DNA from: an uncultured delta proteobacterium
GTDB taxonomy: Bacteria > Desulfobacterota > RBG-13-43-22
Assembly: GCA_963711835.1 (NCBI GenBank)
Contig: CAVQFQ010000004.1
Coordinates: 128,001 to 192,000, forward strand
Reading direction: 5' to 3'
DNA length: 64,000 nucleotides
A program made the translations under genes and the position numbers. The notes under the pieces were generated by a model, which was not told where the DNA came from, did no database searches, and saw nothing but the letters and a program-made list of their open reading frames with translations. This document shows positions 31,066 through 42,312 of this stretch, one piece after another (within the stretch, counting starts at the first letter, position 1; each line of letters starts with the position of its first letter).

Positions 31066-31479
31066 ATGGAGGTTATTCATTGGAAGGATTGCCAAGATCA
31101 AAAAATTGAAAAGTTTCCCTATAAGGAAAAGATAAATGAGGTGATCGGCACCAGTGTCCGCTGGCTCTCAAAACATGGGGATGACGGCAACGGCTACCCG
31201 GAGTACGGTCTGCGTTTTTTCACCATTCAACCGGGAGGCCACATCCCCATCCATAATCACTTTTATCATCAAACCATGTTCATTCTTTCCGGAGAATTTG
31301 AATGCTGGGATTTTGATTCTGAAACCGAACAAATCAAGGAAAAATTCATCTGCGGTCCGGGAACCTCGGTCTATATCCCCAGCCTGGCCCCCCATGGCAT
31401 GAAGAACATCGGCCCTGAAGCCGGCACCTTCCTTTGCTGTATATGCAATGTGTATGAAGATTCGGAGGACGTCGTCTAA
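31066..31479 (+). CDS. Cupin domain protein
   Basis: PGGHIPIHNH and PHGMKN metal-binding motifs. Confidence 0.85.
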   Translation: MEVIHWKDCQDQKIEKFPYKEKINEVIGTSVRWLSKHGDDGNGYPEYGLRFFTIQPGGHIPIHNHFYHQTMFILSGEFECWDFDSETEQIKEKFICGPGTSVYIPSLAPHGMKNIGPEAGTFLCCICNVYEDSEDVV

Positions 31480-31486
31480 AAAAGCT

Positions 31487-32521
31487 TTATTGGATTACCC
31501 GCTTGAAGCCATCCAGAGCCTTCTCAATATCCTCCTGAGAGACATCCAGGTGGGTGACCAGGCGGATCCCGTTTTTACTGAAGGCATGAACCAGGACGCC
31601 CAGCTCCTTCATGGCCTCGGCTACCTGATGGGCCGTCAGTCCGCTTCCGGCCACATCCATAATAATAATATTGGTCTCCACCTGGTCGGGATCAAGGGAG
31701 ACTCCTCGGAGTTCCGAGAGACCTTGGGCCAGATATTTTGCCTGCCGCTGGTCTTCTTCCAGCCTATCCAGGTGATGGTCCAGGGCATAGATTCCGGCCG
31801 CTGCCAGGATTCCGGCCTGGCGCATCCCGCCGCCGAACATCTTTCGAAAACGATGGGCCCGATCTATAAAGGCTGCCGAACCAGCCAAGAGAGAGCCGAC
31901 GGGGGCGCCTAAACCCTTCGATAGACAAACCGATACCGAATCGGCCCATTGCGCATATTCACTTGGTTTGATGCCGGAGGCTACCGAGGCGTTCCAGAGC
32001 CTTGCTCCGTCGAGATGGACCGAAAGCCCCTTTGACCTGGCCAAGCGGGAGATCTCGACGATGTTTTCTATCGGATAGATGCTACCGCCCCCTCGGTTAT
32101 GGGTATTTTCCAGACAGACCAGCCTTGACACCGGGAAGTGGTGATCAAACGGCCTGAGCGCCTCTTCGACCTGGGAGGCCTCCAGAATTCCTCGAACGCC
32201 AGGGAGGCAAAAAAACTGAACACCGGAGAGGGCGGCGCCGGCCCCGCCTTCAAAATTGTAAGGATGGGAAGAAGCCTCGAGGATGACCTCATCGCCGGAC
32301 TGGGTCTGGGACTTGATGGCCAACTGATTAGCCATAGTCCCGGAAGGCACGAAAAGTGCCTTCTCCTTACCGAGCATCCGGGCTACTTTTTCCTGAAGGG
32401 CATTGATGGTCGGATCTTCCCCAAAGACGTCGTCGCCAACTTCAGCCTCGGCCATGGCTTGGCGCATGGCCGGTGTGGGTTTGGTGACCGTGTCGCTTCT
32501 AAGATCGATAAATTCTTTCAT
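31487..32521 (-). CDS. ltaE: Low-specificity L-threonine aldolase
   Basis: [36 protein letters not shown]. Confidence 0.95.
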   Translation of the reverse strand: MKEFIDLRSDTVTKPTPAMRQAMAEAEVGDDVFGEDPTINALQEKVARMLGKEKALFVPSGTMANQLAIKSQTQSGDEVILEASSHPYNFEGGAGAALSGVQFFCLPGVRGILEASQVEEALRPFDHHFPVSRLVCLENTHNRGGGSIYPIENIVEISRLARSKGLSVHLDGARLWNASVASGIKPSEYAQWADSVSVCLSKGLGAPVGSLLAGSAAFIDRAHRFRKMFGGGMRQAGILAAAGIYALDHHLDRLEEDQRQAKYLAQGLSELRGVSLDPDQVETNIIIMDVAGSGLTAHQVAEAMKELGVLVHAFSKNGIRLVTHLDVSQEDIEKALDGFKRVIQ

Positions 32522-32572
32522 GCTATCTCCGGGTTGGAACTATGGGGACAAATAACTAAACCCTCTGATGCC

Positions 32573-33406
32573 CTACAATCTGGCATTCATCCATTCTATT
32601 ATGCAGGTCAAAACCTGCTTTTTCTCCGGTTCATTGTGAACTTCGTGGTAAAAGCCCTCCCAGATTTTTAGGGTGCAGTATTCCCCCGCTTTTAAAGCAA
32701 ATTCACGGCTTGCTTGAACAGAAGTCAACAGGTCGGCGCTGCCGTGCATGAGGAGCAAAGGCAGGGGGAACTCAGCGGCGTGATCTAAGGCCCATTTGCC
32801 GGTCCTTAGAAGATCGATCCCCAATCGCGCCGAAATGCGGTCGTGGACCAGGGGATCGCTGGTGTAGAGCCGTACCACCTCCGGATCACGGGAGAGGCCC
32901 TGTAAATCAAGCCCGTTGGGCATGGAAAAGGCAGGCCACAGGACAGCCATGGTTTTTCCGACCGCCACCTTCAAGACCGGCGGGTCGAAGGCCGGCTTGA
33001 GGGCCGGGGCGGTGGCAATAACTCCGGCTAACCGGGGTTTACGGCGCAGAACGAAATTAATGACGAAATTTCCCCCCAGGCTGTGGCCGTATAGAAAGCA
33101 AGGCCGGTTGGGGTATTGCCGGGCGGCCTCCTCGAGCAGGCGAGCAATGTCATCCATAAAGGCCTCGTAAGAAGGTCCATACCCGCGCTGCCCGGGCGTC
33201 TTGCCGTGCCCGCGCTGGTCGTAGGCCAGGGTGACATACCCGGCCTGTTCAAAGGCCTCTGAAACGTGCCCATAGCGCCCGCTGTGCTCGCCCAGACCAT
33301 GCACCAGGCAAACAACGGCCTTCGTCGGGTCAACCTCCGGCTCCCATCCCTGAGCATAGATGGGTATTCTGTCCCCTGTTTTCCATTCGAATTCAAAGTG
33401 TCTGAT
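32573..33406 (-). CDS. Lysophospholipase/monoacylglycerol lipase (alpha/beta hydrolase); apparent ATC start
   Basis: VHGLGEHSGRY, DQRGHG, GHSLGG; frame open to ATC 33406 behind GAGGAGG RBS. Confidence 0.88.
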   Translation of the reverse strand: MRHFEFEWKTGDRIPIYAQGWEPEVDPTKAVVCLVHGLGEHSGRYGHVSEAFEQAGYVTLAYDQRGHGKTPGQRGYGPSYEAFMDDIARLLEEAARQYPNRPCFLYGHSLGGNFVINFVLRRKPRLAGVIATAPALKPAFDPPVLKVAVGKTMAVLWPAFSMPNGLDLQGLSRDPEVVRLYTSDPLVHDRISARLGIDLLRTGKWALDHAAEFPLPLLLMHGSADLLTSVQASREFALKAGEYCTLKIWEGFYHEVHNEPEKKQVLTCIIEWMNARL

Positions 33407-33643
33407 AGGGCCCTCCTCGGTTGCGCATCCCTTTTTAAAATTCGCAGTCTTGTTTCAAGAAGATTTCATTCGAGAGGGACAGTATAAAATAGGGACTACG
33501 CCAGGGGCAAGGAGAAAACGATAAAAGCCCTTTTCCTGTGGCCGGCACAACTGTTCTCCCGCTGCCCAAGAATCAGGTAACTTGACAAGCAAGCTTCAAC
33601 ACCATAAAATAAAGCTACTTTTTTAATTCTTGAGGAAAATAAT

Positions 33644-33856
33644 ATGGATATGAAATTAACGGCTGTTTTTCAAAAAGTTCCGGAGGGATATATTGGCTTC
33701 GTTGAAGAACTCCCGAGAGCGAATACTCAAGGAAATACCCTTGAAGAAGCCCGGGCAAACCTTCGTGAAGCTGTTCGTCTTGTATTGGGAGCCAACCGCC
33801 TTCTCGCAGAGGGGTCAGTTCAAGGGTCACGAAAAATCTCAAAAGAGGAGGTTTAA
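33644..33856 (+). CDS. HicB-like antitoxin (orphan)
   Basis: EELPRANTQGNTLEEARANLREAV. Confidence 0.85.
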   Translation: MDMKLTAVFQKVPEGYIGFVEELPRANTQGNTLEEARANLREAVRLVLGANRLLAEGSVQGSRKISKEEV

Positions 33857-34093
33857 TTGCAAGTTGAAAATCTAATAAATCGAATAACAGCAAGCCCCGA
33901 GGTGTTGGTCGGCAAACCGATCATTCGGGGGTTGAGAATCTCAGTTGATCAGATCTTAAAAGCACTGGCAGGAGGAATTACGGTTGAGGAATTACTGGAG
34001 GATTATCCTGAATTGGGAAAAGAAGACATCCAGGCAGCTTTGCTTTATGCTTCAAACCTAATAAATGAAGAACGGGGGTTTGCCATCAGCTAA
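33857..34093 (+). CDS. DUF433 family antitoxin
   Basis: GKPIIRGLRISV...EELLEDYPEL..EDIQAALLYA. Confidence 0.9.
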   Translation: MQVENLINRITASPEVLVGKPIIRGLRISVDQILKALAGGITVEELLEDYPELGKEDIQAALLYASNLINEERGFAIS

Positions 34094-34112
34094 GATTCCC
34101 GAAGGATTGAGC

Positions 34113-34169
34113 GTGAAATTTTTAGTCGAGGTCGGGGTTGGCAAGAAGGTTGATGAGTTCATAAATTAA
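34113..34169 (+). pseudogene. 5' stub of DUF5615 PIN-like toxin
   Basis: MKFLVEVGVGKKVDEFIN* directly after DUF433, its usual partner. Confidence 0.6.
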
Positions 34170-34205
34170 TCGGTTTTTAGTTCATAGTAAAAGGGGTGAA
34201 ACTTT

Positions 34206-34415
34206 ATGATTTACCGGATCGTTATTGAAAAAGGGGAAGACTTCGGATATGTGGCCCATTGCCCTGCCATACCGGGATGCCATTCCCAAGGTGAGACAAT
34301 GGATGAGGCCATAGAAAATATAAAAGATGCGATTCGGGGCTGTGTCGAAGCTTTGGATGAAGCCTTGATTCCCCCCACGACCCAACAACTTACCTTCGTT
34401 GAAGTTTCCGTGTAA
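34206..34415 (+). CDS. HicB family antitoxin
   Basis: YVAHCPAIPGCHSQGETMDEAIENIKDAI. Confidence 0.9.
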   Translation: MIYRIVIEKGEDFGYVAHCPAIPGCHSQGETMDEAIENIKDAIRGCVEALDEALIPPTTQQLTFVEVSV

Positions 34416-34645
34416 TGTCTCCTTTGCCTTCGATATCAGGTAAAGCCGCTATAAGGGCCTTCCAAAAAGCCGGTTGGGAAATTAAAAGAATTGGCAGTTC
34501 GCGGCATGTAATCATGAAAAAAGAAGGATCAATAATAACCCTGTCCATCCCGGATCATAGAGTCCTCGATCGAGGTTTGCTGAGATCCCTTATTCGAGAC
34601 GCCTTTCTTTCAGTGGAAGAATTTTGTGAGTTCTTGCAGGATTAA
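34415..34645 (+). CDS. HicA family toxin
   Basis: AFQKAGW..RHVIMKK..LSIPDH..LDRGLLRSLIRDA; TAATG coupling to hicB. Confidence 0.9.
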   Translation: MSPLPSISGKAAIRAFQKAGWEIKRIGSSRHVIMKKEGSIITLSIPDHRVLDRGLLRSLIRDAFLSVEEFCEFLQD

Positions 34646-34713
34646 TTGATCGACTACATCCTCCTGACGATCACCTCAAACTCCCCATCCTCTTCATTCT
34701 CCGGCAAAAAAGA

Positions 34714-34766
34714 AGCGCAGCAAGGGATCCCGCCCTGATAGCCCCGCGGAAAGGCCGGCCAGGCCC
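34714..34766. repeat. 53-bp direct repeat, copy 1
   Basis: 48/53 identical to 35607-35659; followed by TTGACT at 34772. Confidence 0.85.
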
Positions 34767-34879
34767 TGGCCTTGACTCCCTGGGAGTATGCTGATAAGAG
34801 GAGGGGTAAGGGCAATTCGTCCCAGGTGGATCGCTGAGCCTTTTTCAGCAACCTCTTAAGAAATCGATTGAGCCTTATC

Positions 34880-35566
34880 ATGACCGAACCTCAATTTGAA
34901 TCCTTAGATCAGATGGCCGAGACCACGGCCTCGGCCTTGTCTCAGACCTGTGCCCATTTCGCTTTCGAACTGTTTCAAAAGGCACCCTTCCGGCGGGAGG
35001 CCCGGTTCGAGAAGCTAAATCAGGTGGAGCAGGACCGGATCTTTAATGAGTTGGTTGTGGCCCACCTGGTTCTCACCATGCTCATCCTGGAGGCCCCGGA
35101 TCTCCGAGTTGCCCAGGAGTTCCACGGTTATCTCAGGAATCTGAACCAGAAAATCCCCAAGAGCTATGTGGAACAGTTAAGTACCCTGGGGGTGGAAGCC
35201 GAATATCTTAAGGACTGGGATAAGCTGATTGCCCTGCGCTACGAAGAATACGCCCGGGACCGGCATGAGGTGCGGGCCGCGGCCATGGAGCTTGAATCGG
35301 CGGAAAAACCTCTTGATCTGGAGGATCTGTCCAAGATCCAACTGCTCGTTCCGGTTCAAGCCGTGGCCATTGGCTGTCACCACCATATCTGCCGGGGAGA
35401 GACCCAGGGGCGGGATGACTTATTCAAGGTAATCCTGGAATCGTTGTCGCAGTTCTATGTCCAATTCCGAGTTCGATTCGAGGGCGGCAAGATCACCCCC
35501 TTGACCCGGGCCAAAGTGGCCTTGAAAAAAGCCATCCGCCGGAAAAAGAAGAAAAAGAAAAAATAG
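34880..35566 (+). CDS. Hypothetical protein with poly-Lys C-terminus
   Basis: Long ORF with host-like codon use; IGCHHHICRG motif; ends RRKKKKKKK. Confidence 0.75.
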   Translation: MTEPQFESLDQMAETTASALSQTCAHFAFELFQKAPFRREARFEKLNQVEQDRIFNELVVAHLVLTMLILEAPDLRVAQEFHGYLRNLNQKIPKSYVEQLSTLGVEAEYLKDWDKLIALRYEEYARDRHEVRAAAMELESAEKPLDLEDLSKIQLLVPVQAVAIGCHHHICRGETQGRDDLFKVILESLSQFYVQFRVRFEGGKITPLTRAKVALKKAIRRKKKKKKK

Positions 35567-35606
35567 GCGTCATTGGTAAGATCCTTTCCTTTGTCTACAG
35601 ACCCAT

Positions 35607-35659
35607 AGCGCAGCAGGGAATCCCGCCCTGGTAGCCCCGGGGAAAAGCCGGCCAGGCCC
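35607..35659. repeat. 53-bp direct repeat, copy 2
   Basis: See copy 1; followed by TTGACC at 35668. Confidence 0.85.
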
Positions 35660-35785
35660 GGATCTGCTTGACCTTGCAAATTCTTGCCTAAGCCTGTGGA
35701 CCTTGTAAGGGGATTAAAGTAAAGGTTCACTTAAGGCCCATTTTATAATAGGATTAAGTTAAAATTTTGAAGGGAGGAATTAACC

Positions 35786-37284
<1,499 letters not shown>

Positions 37285-37484
37285 TCAAAGGATACCCATT
37301 TCTTAGAGGTATAGAGCATTATAGCCGTAACCAAAGCAGCGAGTCACTACCAGCCTGTCGAATCTTGTCAGTTACAAAGAAGATTTGAAAGTCTTTTTGC
37401 CACGGACCCACGCAGACAAAAGTGGACGATTATTTTTGCCTGTTCGACATATTTCTTGGAAAAAAGTCAAACCAAGCCAAATGG

Positions 37485-37676
37485 TTATAGGGTTGGTTCG
37501 GACTTCCCGGTAAAAAAGTGGATCAAAAAGTCGCAGTCTTTGGGGGAGAGATCAAAATTTTTACCGGCCTCCTCTATCAGCGTGACCAGGGATGCCCCAG
37601 GGGCGGATTCCCGCTGTTCGCTGATCCAGCGGACGGCCTTGCGCAGGATGGAGCCTTCAGGCAACTTAACGGTCAT
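37485..37676 (-). CDS. Small hypothetical protein
   Basis: 63 aa with AAGGAG RBS; LRKAVRWISE...FDLSPKD. Confidence 0.7.
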   Translation of the reverse strand: MTVKLPEGSILRKAVRWISEQRESAPGASLVTLIEEAGKNFDLSPKDCDFLIHFFTGKSEPTL

Positions 37677-37792
37677 AAGCTATTCGGGTTCTCCTTTACC
37701 AAGAATGGGCCGGATCCCAAGACCCGGATAGGTTTCAACAACATGGGAATCCTTGGACCTTCAGGCCATCGGCCTTAGCCGATGGCCTGTGA

Positions 37793-38557
37793 TTAGGCTT
37801 CCTTCCAAACCGGTTTCCTCTTATCCAAAAAGGCCCTCAGGCCTTCTTCGGCATCCCGGGTCTTCATCAATTCTTTCAGATAGATCTTCTCGATGGCCTG
37901 CAGCCCCTGTTCAGCCGGGTCCATCAACCCGGCCAGGAAGGCCTTTTTGGTCAGGGCCAGGACCAAACCGCTTAAGGGTAAAAATTTTTCTAAAAATTTT
38001 TGGAGCTCTTCTTCCAGTTGGTCAGCCGGGACGACTTTATTGATCAGCCCCAGTGAAAGGGCCTCCTGGGCCTTAATGGTTTCTCCGGAGAGGACCAGCT
38101 CCAGGGCCTTCTTTCGAGCCGTCAGCCGGGGAAAAATTAAAGCGGCTATAGGCGGGAAGACGCCCACCTGAATTTCGGGCTGTCCGAATTTGGCCTTTTC
38201 CGAGGCAATCACCAGGTCGCAATACAAGGCCAGTTCACAGCCCCCCCCCAGGGCCGCGCCCTGGACCGAGGCCACGGAGACAGCCGGTAAGGCATCCATA
38301 CGCCGGAAGATGCCGTGGAAGACTTCAATCATTTCCTCCACCTGGTCCCCCAAATGCTCGCCCACATCCACCCCGGCGGAAAAGGCCCTGCCGGCAGCCT
38401 TAAAGAGCAAGAGTTTTATTTTTTCATTTTTTAAACCATCCAAGGCCTGGTTGATTTCTTTCATCATGGCGATGTTAAGTACATTGAGCGGTTCCCGGTT
38501 CAAGGTAATAACGGCCAAGCCGTCTTTCAAATCGGTTTGAATGTGCTGATACGACAT
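37793..38557 (-). CDS. Enoyl-CoA hydratase, cyclohexadienoyl-CoA hydratase-like
   Basis: PLNVL, FSAGVDV, GGGCEL, GQPEIQVGVFPP. Confidence 0.85.
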   Translation of the reverse strand: MSYQHIQTDLKDGLAVITLNREPLNVLNIAMMKEINQALDGLKNEKIKLLLFKAAGRAFSAGVDVGEHLGDQVEEMIEVFHGIFRRMDALPAVSVASVQGAALGGGCELALYCDLVIASEKAKFGQPEIQVGVFPPIAALIFPRLTARKKALELVLSGETIKAQEALSLGLINKVVPADQLEEELQKFLEKFLPLSGLVLALTKKAFLAGLMDPAEQGLQAIEKIYLKELMKTRDAEEGLRAFLDKRKPVWKEA

Positions 38558-38603
38558 GTGCTCCTCCTTATGAATTCTTTTTTCTTTTCTCTTCGATCCC
38601 GGA

Positions 38604-39690
38604 TTACTTATTTTTCAACCATAAAAAGGCTTCGATAAAGGGATCAAGGCCGCCGTTGAGGACCTCGTCCACATTCCCTATTTCCAACTGGGTCCTGTGG
38701 TCCTTGACCAGGCGATAAGGGGCCAGGGTATAGGAACGGATCTGGCTTCCCCAGGCAATCTCGGCCTGGCCCTCGTGGATGCTCTTCTTCTTTTCCTCTT
38801 TTTTTTCCATTTCCTGCTCGTAAAGCCTGGACTTTAAGACCTTGAAGGCCATATCCTTATTTCGATGCTGGGACTTCTCGTTCTGGCATTGAACCACAAT
38901 GCCCGTCGGAAGATGGGTCAGCCGTACGGCCGAACTGGTTTTGTTGACATGCTGCCCCCCGGCACCGCTGGCCCGGAAGGTATCTACCCGGACATCGGCT
39001 TCGTTTATTTCGATCAGGATATCGTCTTCTATCTCGGGATAGACAAAAACCGAAGCAAACGAGGTATGCCGCCGCCCTCCGGCGTCAAAGGGAGAGATGC
39101 GGACCAGGCGATGGATCCCGGTCTCGGAACGCAGATAGCCGAAGGCATATTTCCCTTCCACGGTAAAGGTCACGCTTTTAAGACCGGCTTCATCCCCGGG
39201 CAGGCTGTCAATGATCTCGGCCTTAAACCCTCGCCGCTCGGCCCAACGCAGGTACATGCGCAGCAGCATTTCAGCCCAGTCCTGAGCCTCGGTCCCTCCG
39301 GCGCCGGCATGGATGGCCATGATGGCATTATTGATATCCTCTTCCCCGGAGAGCAGTTTATTGAATTCCATCCGGGATAAAAGCTTTCCCAGTTCCTGCA
39401 AGCGGACCTGGACCTCTTTCAAGGTTTCCTGGTCCTCTTCAGCCACAGCCAAATCATGCAGGATCTCGGCCTCTTCCAATCGGGTCCGGGTCTGCTCCCA
39501 TTCCCCCAGAATTTGATTTAGTTTTCCCCGTTCCTTCAACAGCACCCTGGCCTGGTCGGGATTCTCCCAGAAATTTTCCTGGCCGACCGCCTTTTCCAGG
39601 GCCATCAATCGCTCCCGTTTGGCGGACAGGTCAAAGATAGTCCCCCAATTTCAACAATTTCTCTTTGGAGCGGTTGATTTCTTCTCTCAT
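38604..39690 (-). CDS. prfB: Peptide chain release factor 2 with programmed +1 frameshift
   Basis: GGGGG ACTAT CTT TGA C shift site at about 39630-39636; SPF and GGQ motifs. Confidence 0.97.
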
Positions 39691-39764
39691 TTTAATAATC
39701 CTTTCTCTTGAAATGGCATCGCGGGACACCTTACTGGAAGCAAGGGGCTGTTTCTGGATGACCT

Positions 39765-41318
39765 CTACTTGTTGGCGAGCCGCTTCCTTCGCTTGATCCA
39801 GCGCCAAGCCCCCCAAAAATAGATCAGGGTGCAGAACAGGAGGATAAGATCTCCGTAACGGGTATAAAAGCTGAGCCCCGGACGCAGGGGAATTATAGCA
39901 TGAATCCCTCCCCTTTGAAACAGGGGATAGGTCTGGCGAATACTTCCGGTTGAATCAATAAAGGCGCTTATTCCGGTGTTGGCGGCCCGGGCCACCCAGA
40001 CCCGGTTTTCAACGGCTCTGAAGGTCAGCATGGAAAGGTGCTGAAAAGGGGCGGAAGTCCTGCCGAACCAGGCATCGTTGGTCAGGTTGACCAGCAGGGT
40101 GCAGCCCTCCTGTTTTAAAGCCCGGCTCAGTTCAGGGAAAATGGTTTCAAAACAGATCAAAACCCCTACCTTCCCCTTGGGAAAGGATAGTCCGTAGCAC
40201 CCTTCCCCCGGACTGAAATCCCCAATGGCCTGGACCATTTTTCCCACAAAAGGCAAAAACCTTTTCAAAGGGACATATTCCCCAAAGGGAACCAGGTGGA
40301 CCTTGTCATAAAAACTTATTCGTCCTTCCGGGCTTAAAAGATAGGCCCGGTTATAATACTGGATTTGTCCCTGCCGATGCCCGAAAGCCGGACTCCCGAA
40401 TAAAAGATGACTCCCGGTTTCTCGGGTCAGATCAAAGAGCCGGGGAGTAAGACGATTTTCATTTAAAAAATAAAAGGGAACGGCTGTTTCCGGCCAGATC
40501 ATAAGGTCTGAATCAAGATCGTCCTTTAGAGAAAGGGCCCGGTAAATCCGGATGGTTTGTTCCTGAAAGGCCGGATCCCACTTCAGAGACTGGTCGATAT
40601 TGCCCTGGAGAACCGCTACCTTGGCGGTCTCGGCGCCCTTATCCTTTTCTTTTTGCAGGGTCATGGACTGGAACCCAAAACCAAGGACCAGGACTACCAG
40701 CCCCCCGGTAAAAAGAATTTCTCTCCATTTTTGGGACCAGGACCGAGAGGCAGAGCCGGCCAAAAAACATTGAAACAGGGTTTGGTTAACCAGGACAATC
40801 AAGAAAGAAATACCTAAAACACCGGTTATTTCAGTTATCTGAATGATAGGCAACCAATTATATTGAGAATACCCCAATAAGGCCCAGGGAAAACCGGTCA
40901 GCAGTTTAGCCCTGAGACCCTCCAAACCCACCCAGACGGCCGGGGCCCAGAGCAGGGAAAAGAAGCTGTTGGCCGGGAACAAACCCCAGAGCCAAGCGAA
41001 GGCTCCCAGATAAAGGGCCAGGTAAAAAACCATCAAACATAAAATGGATAAACTGGTCAGGGTATTCAGGCCCCCGTAGTAGCGCATGGAATGGGTGACC
41101 CAGTAAAAAATCCCGAACCCGGAAACCAGGCCGGCCAGAGTACCCAGCCGAAACCGTCTTGGGCCAGATTCCTGTTCTATGGCTTTAAAAAATGGAAGGA
41201 AGGCGAACCAGGCCAGGAAAGACCAGGAGATTTTCGGAAAGGAAAGGATCAATAAAAGGGAGCCGGCCAGCAACAGACCGCAGGCTCGGAGATCTTTATT
41301 CCGTAAAGAAAGGGCCAT
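39765..41318 (-). CDS. lnt: Apolipoprotein N-acyltransferase
   Basis: GFPW, QGNI, WPETA, KVHLVPFGEY, ICFE, TNDAWF, ANTGIS. Confidence 0.96.
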   Translation of the reverse strand: MALSLRNKDLRACGLLLAGSLLLILSFPKISWSFLAWFAFLPFFKAIEQESGPRRFRLGTLAGLVSGFGIFYWVTHSMRYYGGLNTLTSLSILCLMVFYLALYLGAFAWLWGLFPANSFFSLLWAPAVWVGLEGLRAKLLTGFPWALLGYSQYNWLPIIQITEITGVLGISFLIVLVNQTLFQCFLAGSASRSWSQKWREILFTGGLVVLVLGFGFQSMTLQKEKDKGAETAKVAVLQGNIDQSLKWDPAFQEQTIRIYRALSLKDDLDSDLMIWPETAVPFYFLNENRLTPRLFDLTRETGSHLLFGSPAFGHRQGQIQYYNRAYLLSPEGRISFYDKVHLVPFGEYVPLKRFLPFVGKMVQAIGDFSPGEGCYGLSFPKGKVGVLICFETIFPELSRALKQEGCTLLVNLTNDAWFGRTSAPFQHLSMLTFRAVENRVWVARAANTGISAFIDSTGSIRQTYPLFQRGGIHAIIPLRPGLSFYTRYGDLILLFCTLIYFWGAWRWIKRRKRLANK

Positions 41319-41391
41319 CAGGTTGAGTTATTCTCGGTTCAGGTTCGATTGGCTCCCTTGGGAGGCCCCTTTTATATCCGCAGAATGGCGT

Positions 41392-42003
41392 CTAACCGAC
41401 CCGATCTTTCTGGTAATAGGCCAAATAACGAAAAACCCGGGCCAGGTAGTTACGGGTGTCCTTGAAAGGGGGGATTCCTTTATGGCGGGAAACCCGGCCG
41501 GGTCCCGCATTATAGGCTGCCAGGGCCAAGTGCTGGTCGCCTTCAAAATTTTTCAGCAGGTCCCGCAGATATCGAACTCCCCCGTCGATATTATACTTGG
41601 GATTAAAAGGATCCTTGACCCCTAATTCTCTGGCGGTGATAGGATCTAACTGCATCAGTCCTATGGCCCCCTTGGGGGAAATGGCCCAGGGATCGAACTG
41701 CGATTCGGCATGAATCACAGCCTTGACCAGGGCCGGATCTAAGGAATACTTGCGGCAGGCGACCTTGATCCAGTGATCATACGTGGAAACAGAATCTTGT
41801 AGTTCCTGGTAGGTGAGGGCTGGAGAAGCAGCCTTCTCTTCCTTTTGAATGGTCTCCCGGATGGTTCCATCCAGGCCCGGGCTGTTCTCCAGTTGGGCCT
41901 GGGCCGGACGGAAAAAGAAAGACCCGACTAAGCTCATGACCGCCAAAATAAAAATCCCGATATAGGGATATCTTTTTTTTAAGTACCACATAACAACCAC
42001 CAC
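41392..42003 (-). CDS. Lytic transglycosylase (SLT domain)
   Basis: AVIHAES, GAIGLMQL, ALAAYNAG. Confidence 0.93.
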   Translation of the reverse strand: MVVVMWYLKKRYPYIGIFILAVMSLVGSFFFRPAQAQLENSPGLDGTIRETIQKEEKAASPALTYQELQDSVSTYDHWIKVACRKYSLDPALVKAVIHAESQFDPWAISPKGAIGLMQLDPITARELGVKDPFNPKYNIDGGVRYLRDLLKNFEGDQHLALAAYNAGPGRVSRHKGIPPFKDTRNYLARVFRYLAYYQKDRVG

Positions 42004-42312
42004 CCTCTTTACTTCTTTGTCTGCTTAGCCTGCTCCTCCGGATAGGCGGGCAGGGCAACCAATCAAAGGAGAGCAGACCAAGGATCAGGGGAAACATCAG
42101 GTTTTGTACCAGACTCAGGTAGGTTCGCTGGCTATTCATTAGGAATCCCCAAAAGGTTTTTTTGAAGGGTTAATTATACCCCATTAGTCAGAAAAAAGTC
42201 AATCCTTATTTACCTATTTTTCACAAGTTCACTAATACATGTACCCATATTTATTTGGATCTATTCGGAAAAACGGACTGATGGCGGAAAGGATAAGTCG
42301 GCTGAACCGGTC

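Noticed and set aside
39625-39645. prfB frameshift as a novel finding
   Set aside because: Well-established autoregulatory CTT-TGA-C recoding; recorded as a feature only.
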